From Eledone cirrhosa (Eukaryota): 64,000 bases of DNA. The stretch covers positions 25,110,001-25,174,000 of the forward strand of contig OZ024755.1 in assembly GCA_964016885.1 (NCBI GenBank), read 5' to 3'. The position numbers were made by a program, and so were the translations under genes. The notes beneath the pieces are model-generated. The model worked only from the letters and a program-made list of their open reading frames with translations, did not search any database and was not told the DNA's origin. Below are positions 42,293 through 56,744 of this stretch, in pieces (position 1 is the first letter of the stretch; every line of letters starts with the position of its first letter).

Positions 42293-42491
42293 CGAAGGAA
42301 ATGTGGTAAGGAACCAGGGGGACAATAACGCACCAAAGTACTCAATACTTAGGGTAGTAGAGTGGGTAATAGGAACGAGTAGGACCCCGACGGCTGAGCT
42401 CAAGCCGTTTGGACGGCTAATTCTGGACTCAGTCCAGAATTAGCCGTCGAACCGGCTTGAGCTCAGCCGTCGGGGTCCTACTCGTTCCTAT
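42291..42491 (-). mobile_element. Family A mini-PLE
   Basis: Tail + ~60-bp near-perfect fold-back. Confidence 0.85.
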
Positions 42492-42584
42492 ATATATATA
42501 TATTCGAAAAAATGTAAGGGGAAACAACAACACAGTACAATGAAGAAATATATTGGTTTAACACTTGATATAGTATGAAAACAG

Positions 42585-42620
42585 TCTTTACGTTTCAGAC
42601 ACAAGTCCTTCATCTGAAGA
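42585..42620 (-). ncRNA. Decayed minimal hammerhead
   Basis: tctt-CAGATGA-aggacttgtgtct-GAAA-cg-TA-aaga. Confidence 0.5.
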
Positions 42621-43111
42621 TAGAATGAGAAATAAAAGATGAAACAGAAAAATAGAGAGTAAAAAGAGATTCTGAGAAATAATACGTGTGTATTCAGTCA
42701 GACATTTTAAAGAAATATATATATATATATATATACACGTTGTGTGTTAATAGGTATATATAACTTTGATATATGTATATAATGTATATATAGGTGTATA
42801 TATATGAGTGCGTGTATATAAATATGTATATAATGTGGGTGTTGGGTGTATGTTAGATAATACTCACACATATAGGTATATTATATTCCTAAATGTATCG
42901 CTGGTCTCAATTAAAAGGGGAAATTACTGGGGCGTGAAACATTAGTCAGTTAAATCGTTTGAAAGAGAAAAACGATCCTGTTGCTGGTGTGGAGTGTAAA
43001 TCTGTATGTAGGAGAACACACTCCTACTATGTACACTGTCTAGGAGCCATTTTAATGTACTTGCATGTCGATTTATAGAGCTAGGTTAATACATACAGAC
43101 ACGCACGCACG

Positions 43112-43148
<37 letters not shown>

Positions 43149-43210
43149 ATATATATATACATAAATATATATATATATATACATAAATATATATATATAT
43201 ATATATATAC

Positions 43211-43245
<35 letters not shown>

Positions 43246-43664
43246 AATATATATATATATATATATACATAAATATATATATATATATATATACATAAAT
43301 ATATATACATGTATACATAAATATATACATGTATACATAAATATATATACTTAAATATATATACATATATACATAAATATATATACATATATACATAAAT
43401 ATATATACATGTATACATAAATATATATACATGTATACATAAATATATATACATGTATACATAAATATATATACTTAAATATATATACATATATACATAA
43501 ATATATATACATATATACATAAATATATATACATGTATACATAAATATATATACATGTATACATAAATATATATACATGTATACATAAATATATATACTT
43601 AAATATATATACATATATACATAAATATATATACATAAATATATATACATATATACATAAATAA

Positions 43665-43719
<55 letters not shown>

Positions 43720-43737
43720 CATATATACATAAATAAA

Positions 43738-43769
<32 letters not shown>

Positions 43770-43773
43770 CATA

Positions 43774-43805
<32 letters not shown>

Positions 43806-43825
43806 CATATATACATAAATATATA

Positions 43826-43959
43826 TTTTATTGACCCCGTAAGGATGAAAGGCAAAGTTAACCTCGGCGGGATTTGAACTCAGACTATAATGGGTCGTAA
43901 CTCTATGCTGTAAAGCATGGCCTCCGACCCTCTACCGATACTGCCAATCCATCGCCTTT

Positions 43960-43990
<31 letters not shown>

Positions 43991-44170
43991 GTTTCTACTT
44001 TAGGCACAAGGCCAGCAAATACCCAGTGCATTACTGGTACTTTATTTTATCGACCTCGTAAGGATGAAAGGCAAAGTCAACCTCGGCGGGATTTGAACTC
44101 AGATCGTAAAGGGACGTAACTATGCTGGAAAGCATGGCGTCCGACCCTCTACCGATACTGCCAATCCACC
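43826..44170 (-). mobile_element. Two tandem SINE type 1 copies separated by (AAT)n
   Basis: Similarity to the 11458 copy. Confidence 0.85.
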
Positions 44171-44171
44171 G

Positions 44172-44538
44172 AATAATAATCATTCTTTGTCATTTCGTTG
44201 TTCTTCTGTCGGTATTTGCATTGCTGGATGTCAAGCTGTTTCCTGCAGATTTAGGTATATCTAGTGTTTGTCTTATGGCTCTTCTTGTGCCTAGCAAACA
44301 AGTTTTCTGTAGAGTGAGGAAATTAACCCCAATATCCAACATCTTCAGCCCACCATTCATACTTCTAGCCATTATCCCTAATTCTCTAAATATAATTGGG
44401 GTGATACCAACTTTGCGGCAATTCCGGAATCTCTGCCTTTTGTATTTCCGGTTTTCTGTACCTCTCTAGTTTATATCTCTCTAGTATCAAGTGGACAAGC
44501 TATATCGATTAGCAAGCGCATATTTCTTTCATTATTGA
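44172..44538 (-). mobile_element. R4/Dong-like LINE 3' end (restriction-like endonuclease)
   Basis: LLIDIACPLD...KVGITPIIFRELG...LQKTCLLGTRRAIRQTL; abuts (TAA)n. Confidence 0.7.
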
Positions 44539-44681
44539 GTTATGTTACATGATAGAGTGTTATGTTACATGATAGAGAGTTATGTTACATGATAGAGTGT
44601 TATGTTACATGATAGAGTGTTATGTTACATGATAGAGTGTTATGTTGCATGATAGAGAGTTATGTTACATGATAGAGTGTG
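44539..44681. repeat. 20-bp minisatellite (GTTATGTTACATGATAGAGT) x7
   Basis: Direct inspection. Confidence 0.95.
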
Positions 44682-45005
44682 TAACTCGGAGATCAGAGAG
44701 TCACTCCAGCCGCTGTTTCTCTAAATTGAGAGATCACATCTCCGATACTATGAGCATGTGATTAGAATGTCTCAGGAAAAATTCGCTGGACAGATTTTAC
44801 GGGCAAAACCAACCGGCAGGAGACCCAGGCGTCGACTTTCAGCAAGATGGTTGGATAACATCCATGAGCTTGACTGGTTACGCCTAGGGATCCAGCCGGA
44901 TCAGTTGGAGACAGTTACTTCTGACAGAATCCGCTGGAGGGAGTGTTTGAGGACCGTGCCCCCACGAACCTCTCAGGAATAGGCGGGAGGAGAAGACGAA
45001 GAAGA
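44665..45005 (+). mobile_element. RTE LINE 3' fragment
   Basis: IRMSQEKFAGQILRAKPTGRRPRRRLSARWLDNIHEL; GAA-rich end. Confidence 0.9.
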
Positions 45006-45732
45006 ATCGATGCATTTGGAATGCAATGTTACAGGTGTCTGATAAAGATGAGCTTGATTCATCCCCTCATCAACGATGCAGAGCTTAATATAACCAAAAC
45101 GCCGTTGGTGAAAAGCTGGAGTACTTTGGACGCCCCATGAGTGTTGACTAACAGCTGGCATCAGTGTATAGAGACAAAATACGTTGTAAACGACAGAAAA
45201 AAAAACGTAATTCAATCCAATTGAAGTGTATATATATATATATATATATATTTGATCATGTGTTAATTACATTTTGTGTTCATAAGGCCATGATGTCATA
45301 GAAGAACGAGAATGAAGCTTGCTAACAAAATTTCCATTAATATAATCCAGAGTAATTTGTTTCGTTCTAATTCGCACGTATGTCCATTAAAATCATATTA
45401 GATTGGAATTATGTTGAAGGATTACGCGATACAACTTTAAGGAGAAGCCTGTCACATATAGAATTCAATGATATCACTAATGTTTGAAATATGATATGTA
45501 GCAAGCGATAGTGAGAAAACTTGCAGAGAAACTGGGACAAAACATTCCGTTACAAGGATCAACTGACTACTGACACGAATAACGATTCTACTCAACTTCG
45601 GACATTTCATTAAAGTTGTTTTTAACTCTGACTAGATTTCGGATGCTAAGGCGTTCATGCTCCTTTCTTAAGGGTTAATCAATTATACCGCTGAGAAAAA
45701 TATATCACCAAAGTTAAATAAAACACACACGC

Positions 45733-45847
<115 letters not shown>

Positions 45848-45869
45848 TCCACCTGGTTGTGGTGCTGAT

Positions 45870-45900
<31 letters not shown>

Positions 45901-47059
45901 TTCTAGTAAATAAAATGTAGTGTTTCTGGGGAGGACGGCCGATTGAACAGGAACTGGTAATTGGTAATGGGTGGTAACCACACGACTACCACGCTGGTCG
46001 ATACATCGATCTCCACCGTTCAATTGACTGGAAAACAATGATCTATCAATCTACACCTGACGCGTGTTTTTATTGTTCAAACACACACATATATATATAT
46101 ATATACACATATATATATAAGTTGTTATAGTGATAGTATTTGCTCCATCTCAATGCGCACTCAGTTCAATCGATGAAAATGTTGATTTCATCTGCTTGGG
46201 ATCGATAAATAAAGTAGCAATCCAATGTCAATGGATTGGAGGAGTTGTTAAAGAGTCGGTGAGCGGTTTCGAAGTATTTGATCCGGCCTTGTTCAAATCA
46301 ATCCCACATTCAGTTCAAATCAATCCCACATCCTACCAGGAGTTGCGACTGACATCATATATCCGAAATGGAAAAATCTATGCTATCATTGTTTTCTTCG
46401 CCTGATTTGATCTGACGATCGGCTCCTTTTCCTTCCTATTTATTATATATCAAGTAGGTATATATATAAAATGCGTATATACAAGTATTAAGGTATGTGG
46501 TAGGATAAACGTATGTTTATAGTTTATAGTTATAATGTGCTGTCTCTCAAAAGCATCGCTCCAAATGATGGTGAAGTAAAACTTTTCAAAGTATACGGGA
46601 AGTCATAAACGGAATAAAACGTCTATTTTAGTTACGGCCAGCTTGAGTTGTAAAAACAGTAGAGAGGAAACTCAAATTTCCCCCAAATCAGCAGTAAAAA
46701 ACATGTTAAGATCAACTTACGAAATCGGACTGCTAAAAAAATATCTCTTGTGATAACAAAAATACTTATAAAGGAACTTTACAGAAACTAATGAAAATAG
46801 GCCATAGGTGCAGGCATTGTAGCGTGGTTAAGGAGTTCACTTCGAACTACGTGGTTTCGGGTTCAATCTCACTATACGACATCTTAGAGAAATGTCTTGT
46901 GTTATAACCTATGGTTGACCCATAGCTTGAGTGGACTTTGGTAGACGGAACCACTGGAAGTCTGTCATGCATGACTACCGTTTATGTCTTGTAAATTTGT
47001 GGTTAAACAAAAACGTTGTTAAAATATGTACGAGAATTTAGAACAGTACTTGGGTCAAT

Positions 47060-47293
47060 ATCTTCTTCGTCCACTTATTCTTAAGAGGGTCGTGGGGAAT
47101 CCTAAAACACTCCTTCCAGCGGGTCCCGTCAGAAGCAACTGTCTCCAGCTGATCTAGCTGGATCCCTAAGCGAGACCAGCCAAGCTGATACATGTTATCC
47201 AACAATCCTGCTCGGGGTCTACCCCTTGGGTCTCTTGCCGGTTGGTTTTGCCCGTAAAATCTGTCCAGCGATTCTTTCCTGTGACATTCTAAT
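47060..47293 (-). mobile_element. RTE LINE 3' fragment
   Basis: PRGRPRAGLLDNMYQLGWSRLGIQLDQLETVASD. Confidence 0.85.
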
Positions 47294-48699
47294 GATCGAC
47301 TAAATCCATTCATACCCTAGCATGTCCTCAGTCTAATACCTAAACCAGTAAAAGTTATATAATGAGTGGGTGTGAATATATATATAGTTTCAAATATACG
47401 CTAGATACTGTCACAAGTGCTTATTATATCAGTGTGATATAACTATTCTTACGTACTTCATACAACGTCTTATCACCATACAGAAATTCCTCTCGTCTTT
47501 TCTCTATTTCAACAGAATATATTTGCTCTCTCTCTCTCTTTCTCTCCTGTTAATAACAACGATATACAGCAACAAAAACTAACATATCATTGTCTAATAG
47601 GTAGACAGACTGTATATGTTATCTATTTATTTGTTGCAGTTATAGTATGTATAATATTTCTCCTGTTTTGTTTTTTTCGTTAACTCTAATCTCTTAAGTT
47701 TCGCATGCGTTTTCTCACTTAATTTTTTCTTTTGTTTGCTTCGTTCTTTCATTCTTTCTTTCTTGCCCTCCACCCATCCCTGTCCCTATTATCGCCGTTT
47801 ATCTGACACTTTCTTTAAATGTTCCTGTGTGTGTTTTTTAAGCGGCAGTTAGTTCTGATATACCGCCAAGATAATGGCAATTAGCAGAATTAAAACACGG
47901 CTAACTATTATTTTCAATTATATTCACATTTTCGTGTTTACACATGCACAAACATAATCTCCAAATAATATTTGAAAATATATATAAAAAATAAAGTTAT
48001 CGGACAAATATTTATAAAAAAAAAATGTAAATATTTGGAGATATGTATAAAGTAAATGATTAAATGGTAAGGAGAATATGAAAAATATAAGCTGCTGCTG
48101 CAAAGAGTACATGTTTATTGAATATATATATATATATATATTCAATAATTATTTATTATATCTATACCATAGTGTGTATATATATATTCAATAATTATTG
48201 ATTATATATATATATACCATAGTATATATATATATATATATATTATTTATTATATATTACACACACATGCATACGCACGCACACATTGTGTGTGTTTGAT
48301 TGTTTGTTTTATACAGTTTATTTCAACTCCTTTTATGCATTATCAAGCGTATTTTCCAATATATTTCCCGTGTTTGTGCTATAATCTTCTTGAAGTTAGT
48401 CTCAAAGCTGTTCTAATTTAAAGGAACAGGCTACAGAAGTTAAAGTGTATTTTTCTTTTCTTCTTCGAAATGTGAAACTTCAGAATTTTAAAGGTAGAGA
48501 CTATATATATTACAAAAACAATTTTAGCGTTGATTAACTGCCGAATATACATTAGCTGAAGTGAAATCCTTGGTAGATCTTTTCTAAGGTCAATGGCGAT
48601 CCTGGCGGTGACAGAGCTTATTAGCCTGCATTACGGGTTCAACGTCCTGGAATGTACAATGAAGAAATATATATATAATATATATATAATATATATATA

Positions 48700-48871
48700 A
48701 TTTGTTTCTACTTTTGGCACAAGCCCAACAATTGTCTCAGTGTATTACTGGTACTTTATTTTATCGACCCCGTAAGGATGAAAGGCAAAGTTAAATTCGG
48801 TGGGATTTGCACTCAGACCATAAAGGGCCGTAACTCTTTGCTGCAAAGCATGGCGTCCGACCCTCTACCGA
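48700..48871 (-). mobile_element. SINE type 1
   Basis: Similarity to the 11458 copy. Confidence 0.85.
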
Positions 48872-49069
48872 TGACTGATAATCACATTTGTTGCCCAATG
48901 AATACAAATGTATACGAAAGTCAGCAAAACTAGTGTTTTAACATCAAATAAGTATAAAATATGTAAACTTAAATTTAAGCAAGCTTGTGACACCAACGAT
49001 ACAAAATGAAGCTGTTCCTTTGCCACATCTCACATAAACCACGTTTCCGAGATTTCCAGCAAGGAAACA

Positions 49070-49400
49070 TGTTGGATGTTCTAGCAATAAGCCACTATCA
49101 AATTTGATATCCTATCGTCTGCAGAAGTGTTCTTCCAGGATTCTTAGTTTTTTGGTAAAATAGTTCTCTCTTCTATGTACACCCAGGCTATCTGGTAAAC
49201 GACTCAAATGGCTGTGGGGATAATGTAGTGTTATGCTCATTTTACAGCCAAGTTTACAAAAGAAAGAAAGCATATTCTCCAGTAGTTCCCCAACATTTTC
49301 AGTTTATAGATCCCAATGATATTTTTCACACCCATAAACTATGACCATGCGTGTGTCTTAGCGTTCTCCATCTTATCGTTTACCATATACGAATATTTAA
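49070..49400 (-). pseudogene. Chapaev3-like (CMC) transposase C-terminal remnant
   Basis: Manual translation KLGCKMSITLHYPHSHLSRLPDSLG...VAYC*, resembling the LGCNMSxKxHFLHSHLDxFPENLG...ADYCW motif; family assignment from memory. Confidence 0.6.
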
Positions 49401-50065
49401 TTCTACAGATGCATTTAGATTTTCGGGCAACTCATAATACCATTCCAGAAATATAATAAACTAGAAAGAATGATGTATACAATATCTAAAAAAACAAGTA
49501 AAAATCAAATGATATTTTCTGAACCAATGACCTGAAAATATTCAGAATCAGGTCTAAAATCTCAAACACTAAGGGCAAATTGTTTTTATTTCCTGGTGTA
49601 ATTTGCATATCTTTTTAGAATTATATTAGAGTTTCGTAAATTGCCATTAATCATGCAACTGAAATAAACGGTGCATGACAGTATATATGACGAATATTGT
49701 GCATGTAGGCTTTGTTTATGACAAAGTGGGATGAGCATTTTTCTAAGGAGAGTATTAAATTTGCTACGGTAAGATTCTATTGTTATCTTAGCACCTTTAA
49801 TTTCCTAATGCATTGTATGGTTTTCAAAATTATTTAAATGTATATTTCGTATTCAACAATGAATCTAGCAAACAACACTGTTAAATTTATATATAATTTA
49901 GATGAGATGGTTTTAGCAAACGTAAAATTACATGTAATACTAATTATTTGTACTTTCAAATGCTCTCGTTCTCATATGTACACAGCTGTACATACACACA
50001 CAACAAATCATCACACACACAAATAAAATATAAACATCGGCGGTTCATTTAATTTAATGACTTAA

Positions 50066-50325
50066 AAATGACCGAAATAATACAATCGTGAATACAAGCA
50101 GCCGAAATGGGATTCCTCCGAATGGTCTTAGGAGTAACGTTACTTAATGATCAGAGCAAAATGGTTGGATAACATCATGAGCTTGGCTGGTCACACTTGG
50201 GGATCCAGACGGATCAGTTGGCGGCGGTTGTTTCAGACAGAACCTAATGGACAGGACCGCTAGAAGGAGTGTTTGAGGACTCTGACCCCACGACCCTCTC
50301 AGGAATAAGTGGGTGAAGAAGAAGG
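50066..50325 (+). mobile_element. Internally deleted RTE 3' fragment; another at ~50790-51020 (-)
   Basis: Same family as the 6920 and 27810 copies; ends ccctctcaggaataagtgggtgaagaagaag. Confidence 0.8.
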
Positions 50326-52097
50326 CTTACAAAGGAAACCTCTTCAAGATGGTGATGTTGAAAGATTTGAATTCAGCACAAGAAGTCAATGAAAAACTTC
50401 CTGGTTGTATCTATTTACAATTAGATGGAATGAGCTAACGAGATTTTAAATGTTTAATCATGGAATCAGAGTAGCAACATCGATCGATCTTTGGGCTGCT
50501 TGACAAACACACAATCCACATTGCTAGTTAAGATTCTTACTAAAATGTAGACGTATATATAAAAAAAATAGATGATCATCGGATTGAACCAAGGAAACTG
50601 TTTAGATTTGTCTTTCAATTCTCGGTCGCCGCTACTGAAAGAGGCAGGATTTGAACTCAGAACGTACAGAGCCGGAGGCAATACGGCAGATCACCTCATC
50701 CAACTCTTTAACAACTCAGCCAGTCAATCGTTCCTTTTGGGATTGATAAATAAAGTTTATCGCGTTGGTATTTAAACATAGAACACTTAGACAGGCCAAA
50801 ATATCTCAGCATTTAATTTGATGTTCTAAGGTGATCTACCTCTGGGTCTTCTGCCGTTTGCCTTTGCCTATAAAAACCTGTCCTGCGATTCTTTCCTCAG
50901 ACATTTTAACTATATGTCTATAGTACCACAGCTGCGATCTCGATGGGGAGAAGTGGCGGCTCTATCTGGAGCAGCTCCCTAATCTCTGAGCTACAACCCC
51001 TATTGAGTAACGTTACTCCATCTGTATTTACATAATAGCGGTTCGACAAAGTGAAATAGATAAAATAACAGACTAAGTAAATAATTCTGGGATCAATATA
51101 ATCAGCTAAATCTTTCATGCTGGTGTCCCAGCATGGCCGCAGCAAAATAATATGGCATGCTCGTGAAACCAGCTATAGAATCCAGTAATTCCTGTAATTA
51201 TATAGGACATGAACGAAAGGTAGTCAGGTAGTATGAGTAATTATAAAATATTAGTCTAAGGTTGTGCTTCAAAATAACTTTAAAGAAAATAATATCAACC
51301 CTGAAACATTTTCTTTCCATCCCCGTCTCTCCATTTCAACTGACACACCAGGTCACTTTTTACCTCCCTCGCCTCTACTGACATTATAGGGTAGCTATTA
51401 CCTCAACTATTTACCTCTTCAACTTCATCGTTTCAATATCATTTTCCAATCAGTTATCTGTCGACAAGCGAAAGAAAAAAATTCAGAAAAACTCCCCCCC
51501 AAAAATAAAATAAAATAGAGTAACATGTCTTAAATTTCACAAACTGACTTCCACAAAGAATGCATTTGATTAGGTTTGCATTTTATAGGAAAGTGAATAG
51601 CTTTCTTCTCGCATCTTCCATTGTTCACCTGGCGGGCCTCTGAAAAAACAGTTCTGTCAACAACACAACGTTTTATGAGATTTGTTACCTAAAAATACTA
51701 ACCTGTATGTCTTAGCTAATTATTCCCGAGCACAATTTTCTACCCTTCAATGAATAACAGCTAAACTAAATACCACTAACTATGCAAATTCACAGAGAGC
51801 TATGTATTTACTTACAACATTGTTATGTCTTTTATTTATTTATTTAGAAACTTAATGTTCCAAAAATATAAATAGCCACCATTGCGTAGATTTTGAAGTG
51901 TTTAGTTTTCGGTGGAAATATTAGGAAATTCTAAAAGTGGATAGCCAAAACAATAACTTTAAATATAAATCTACATATATTCTGAATAGTTTGACTTAAT
52001 TTCAGGATGCAGCAAACAGCACATTACTTCTTAAATATAATTACTAACTCTTCCTCTTGAAAGATGTCATTCAAACTATTTGATCCGTTAGTTTAAC

Positions 52098-52620
52098 ACG
52101 CGGTCTCACATCAAGTCACTTGTCAGACAAGTAGAACACACGGTCTCAGATCAAGTCACTTACTATACAAGTACAACTGTGGTTTAAATCAGGGGTTCTC
52201 AACCTTTTTTTCGCTGTGGACCACCAATATAAGTAATTTTTTCCTGTGGATCACCTAAACTTTTAAATCAGTAGATGTTTTTTTTTTATGAATTAGAAAA
52301 TGCTATTATCATGTCGCAGTGCCTAAAAATCTACGCAAACAGCTGAAGTCATACTTATGCGAAGAATAAGAACAGCGCTTTAAGTCAAATGCATGGATAA
52401 AAAAAGAATTTGCTATTGAAAATTTTCTGTGGACCACCTGAATTTTCCTGTGGACCACTAGTTTAAATGACTCTTTCTTGATGTACTTGCTTTAGTTTCG
52501 ACACAGTCTCACATCAAGTCACTTGCTAGACAAGTACAACTGTGGTTTAAATGACTCTTTCTTGATGTACTTGCTTTAGTTTCAACAGTCTCAGATCAAG
52601 TCATTTGCCAGACAAGTACG
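52098..52620. repeat. Tandem repeat (gtctca.atcaagtcactt.. units of ~40/80 bp) interrupted by a MITE
   Basis: Four copies of the core motif. Confidence 0.8.
52190..52460. mobile_element. hAT (Charlie-like) MITE with perfect 8-bp TSD
   Basis: CAGGGGTTCTCAACC left TIR, degenerate right end; TSD gtttaaat; empty site in the next repeat unit. Confidence 0.8.
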
Positions 52621-53132
52621 ACTCCTAAATTCAGGTCATTATTTGGGTATGTGGAATGCTCAGTCACCTGCACGTTAAGTTCAAGTTGATCGAACAATTG
52701 GAAAATTCGTCGTCAGAGGCGGCTGTAACAGTAGAGAGAACAAGATGGAAGCCAGAACAGCTAGAGAGGGATGGGTGAGCGATAAAGAAAGAGTGAAAAA
52801 ATATACAAGTATACATAGAGAGGGAAAGAAGGAGAGAGAAGAGGGAGAGATGTTTGAATGAGCGAAAACGAAAGACATATATATATATACAGAAGAGATG
52901 GGGAGATGAACAATTTGTTAATGTCTTAACGGTAATCGAGAGCTATTTGCTGTTATCTTAAACATACATGATAAGGAATATCTGACTCCAATGAACCAAG
53001 ACTTACATTTACAGACGACGCGCATATACTTGCTATTATATATATATATATATACATACACGCGCGGAAACACCCACTATTTACATACACACACACATAT
53101 ATATATATGTCTGCATGTGTTTATATATATAT

Positions 53133-53263
53133 AATTGTTTCTACTTTAGGCACAAGGCCAACAATTACCCAGTACATTACTGGTACTTTATTTTATCGAC
53201 CCCGTAAAGATGAAAGGCAAAGTTAACCTCGGCAGGATTTGAACTCAGACTGTAAAGGGACGT
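53133..53263 (-). mobile_element. SINE type 1 (5'-truncated)
   Basis: Similarity to the 11458 copy. Confidence 0.85.
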
Positions 53264-53269
53264 ATAATA

Positions 53270-53329
<60 letters not shown>

Positions 53330-53989
53330 GTGAGAGAGAGAGTATAGTGCGTTTGTGTTATTTTACCGTGGTATATCATCTGAGTGAGAAAACAATTGTT
53401 CAATTAATTGACTAAAAAAAAAAAAAAGTATATTACTTATACTTAATTTCTTGACGCTGAATGAAGGGGTCATTTGAAGAGAGAAGTGTTTAGACAGCGT
53501 TCTGAACTAATTACAACCAATTACAACCGATGGATAAATGGTTTAAAGAGGAATGGAATGGATCTCCGTCGGTTGCAATGAGGAGTATTCCAGTTGTTAA
53601 AATAAATTGCAATTCATATGCAAAGTGGATGAGTATTCTACAGACAGGTGTAACCGTAGCGCAATTCTCGGGGAAATTCAGCATGAAGACTGGTTCGTTG
53701 AATTACAGGTAAACTCCATCTTGAATTATAGTGTGGCTGAGTATTTCACAGATACGTGTGCACTTTCATAATTCTCGGGGAGATTCAGTGTGATATTTTA
53801 TGTGAAAGGTTAACCCATTGAATTACAAGGGTTTTTCGTTCGACGGGCTTCCACACATTTCCCGTCTACCTGATGTCTCTCACAAGCCATGGATCGACCT
53901 ATGACTATGCTAAATGGGATTTGCTCAAACTACACAATGGAATGAACTAGGAATCTTATGATTGTGAACTTGGCATTGAGCTATGTTGT

Positions 53990-54027
<38 letters not shown>

Positions 54028-54272
54028 CGGCTGCATCACAAATGGGTGAGACGTTTTAAGATACATTGCACTCCAGCCTAGCAGTACAAGTTTCACTTTT
54101 TGCATACCAATCCTTAGGTTTACAACAGTCACAATGATGTTAGTTGGTTCTGATCGACAAGCGATTATATATAAGATGTGTTAAGTGATAGTGTGTGATT
54201 ATATATATATAACATACATACACTTATATATAATATAAATATAAATATAACAAAAATACACATACATATATA

Positions 54273-54305
<33 letters not shown>

Positions 54306-54978
54306 AATTACACAAGCGTTTGTGTGTGTATGTATGTGAAATGTCTTCCGTGGGAGGGCGTTATCTTCTCCACTAGTTCAATCTACTTAAATAAGAAACG
54401 TAACCGATGTACAACAATCTGACTGTCAATGATAAAAGGATTTTTGTATGAAACATAACAAAGGGCAGAACTTCTTGAGATGGGAATACTCACACTCAAT
54501 ACAGACGTAAACATACAGCCACGTACACACATCCTCAACAACACAGATATATAACACACACACATACGATGAAGAACACATGATACGAGATTGTGCGCGC
54601 GTGTGTGTATATATATATAAATAGAAATTCAGCGAGAATCGCATTTCGGCGGGTAGTAAAAGCGAAACGAAACGCAAATATCAGAGTTATGCTGGCAAGC
54701 GTTCCATAGTTAAAAGAAACAGAGCTAAACAATATGTTAAAACGCCATACAAACTGGAAAAGTGGTCAAGAAAGCATTAACCACCTAAGCCAAAAAGCAT
54801 ATCAAGCTAAACAGATCAAAACAAAATAAATAATAAAAAAAAAACAGACCTTGACCCATTGGAATTGATGGTAAAATCCAAATGCAGGGTTTCTATGACA
54901 CCTAACTCAATAATACTATCTGCTTAAAACTATAAGCTTTAGGTATAATGATAGAACAAGGAATATCACGTTAGCAAC

Positions 54979-55048
<70 letters not shown>

Positions 55049-55704
55049 CAAGTTTATTATAAAATTGGCTTCTACAGGACTAGAACTGTTTCATTCAAAA
55101 GAAATCATCAGGAAATTCCCGGAACTCACACACACACACACATATATATATATATAACGGAACTCACTGAATTTATTTTAGTGACCCTCGGCCATAGCTC
55201 ACATGCTCAATGAGATAATAGGTTTGCAGTTGCCTGACTTCACGTTGCATAACCGAGCGGACACAGTGAGTTAGTATTCAAGTATTGATGCGTGTGTATA
55301 TGAAAATATATATATATAATTAGGTAGTAACATGTGCTTATGCCGTATTTGACTAAATAGAATTAGTCTGTTAGTTGGGATTTTAAATACCTTCTGAATG
55401 GAAAAAAGGATGAGTATTGACGTACATGGGACCCGAACCTACATCTTTTGTTTGCCGGACCAGTTTGTTACCATTACACTGGTAACATATTCGAAGCCCG
55501 ACAATGCGTGCGAGATTAAAAGGGGTAAAAGTAATAGGAGTTATAGAAAATAAAAGGACTGAGAAAAGAGTGAGAACTGTAAAAGTTCTCGTTAGCAATT
55601 TTATTAATCTCGCACGCAGTGTCGGGCTTCCAAGCATTTAAACTTATTTAAACTTATATTTCTTATTCAACAATGCTTCAAGCAAACTACGAAACTTTGT
55701 TATA

Positions 55705-55737
<33 letters not shown>

Positions 55738-56198
55738 GCAAAAGTTCTATTTAAATTGTTGGGATACAACAAGTAAATATTTTTATAACTGATATAAAGC
55801 ACTCGACAAGTATAAAATAATATAAACAATTCAATATCCAGATGGCCTCCAAAAATAATTGTTTCTACTTTTGGCACAAGGCCAGCAATTATTCCAGTAT
55901 ATTACTGGTACTTTATTTTATCGACCCCGTAAGGATGAAAGGCAAAGTTAACCTCGGCGGGATTTGAACTCAGATCGTAAAGGGACGTAACTATGCTGGA
56001 AAGCATGTCCGACACTCTACCGATACTGCCAATTCACCGCCCTCAAAAATAATGGTCACATTTTAAAAGGGTACGTCAAAGCTTATTTGTAAAACTGTTA
56101 TATATTGTATTTTATCTGATGAAGGCATACCATATTTTAATTTGGTATCCCTGAAATAAATATGGTTTTATAAATATAGTTTCCATTTATTAATATCG

Positions 56199-56200
<2 letters not shown>
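55738..56200. mobile_element. PLE-derived element (19415 family) with a nested SINE (55856-56041)
   Basis: Antisense tail on the left, sense pLTR with truncated HHR (56107-56146) on the right; SINE TSD caaaaataat. Confidence 0.75.
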
Positions 56201-56229
<29 letters not shown>

Positions 56230-56485
56230 CAAGGAGACAACAAACAGGGGTACAAAATGTATTAGTTTCACGCTTTATATTGGAAAGAGGAAAGAAAGTG
56301 CGGCGTGTCGGGCTTAAGCCCTTTTATATAACTGACCAGGTAGACAGTCGGAAAAAGATTTTCCGGTATATGATCCAGCTCTTTACATTCCGAGTTCAAA
56401 TCTTGTCATGTTAATTTTGCCCGGTCCCTACAGTAGATTTATGATTGTATATTTTTACTCATGTTTTATGTAGATATACGAATGT

Positions 56486-56515
<30 letters not shown>

Positions 56516-56516
<1 letters not shown>

Positions 56517-56664
56517 GGAGGTGAGTTTTATTGTAGTACAATAAAGCAATGCAGATATCGGATAAGAAGCACTCTACAGTTTGTAGGACTGGAGTATACA
56601 TAAGAGTATATATAAGAACAAAAGATGGAAAATACATGGAACTCTTTTAATCATCTTTTGTTCT

Positions 56665-56673
<9 letters not shown>
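56516..56673. mobile_element. Mini version of the 591 PLE family (tail + short fold-back)
   Basis: Near-identical to 591-700 joined to 1870-1912. Confidence 0.8.

Positions 56674-56744
<71 letters not shown>

Noticed and set aside
55079-55115. Minus-strand CTGATGA..GAAA (also ~29362-29393) as an active hammerhead
   Set aside because: Core boxes are present but stem I cannot be assigned; kept only as element evidence
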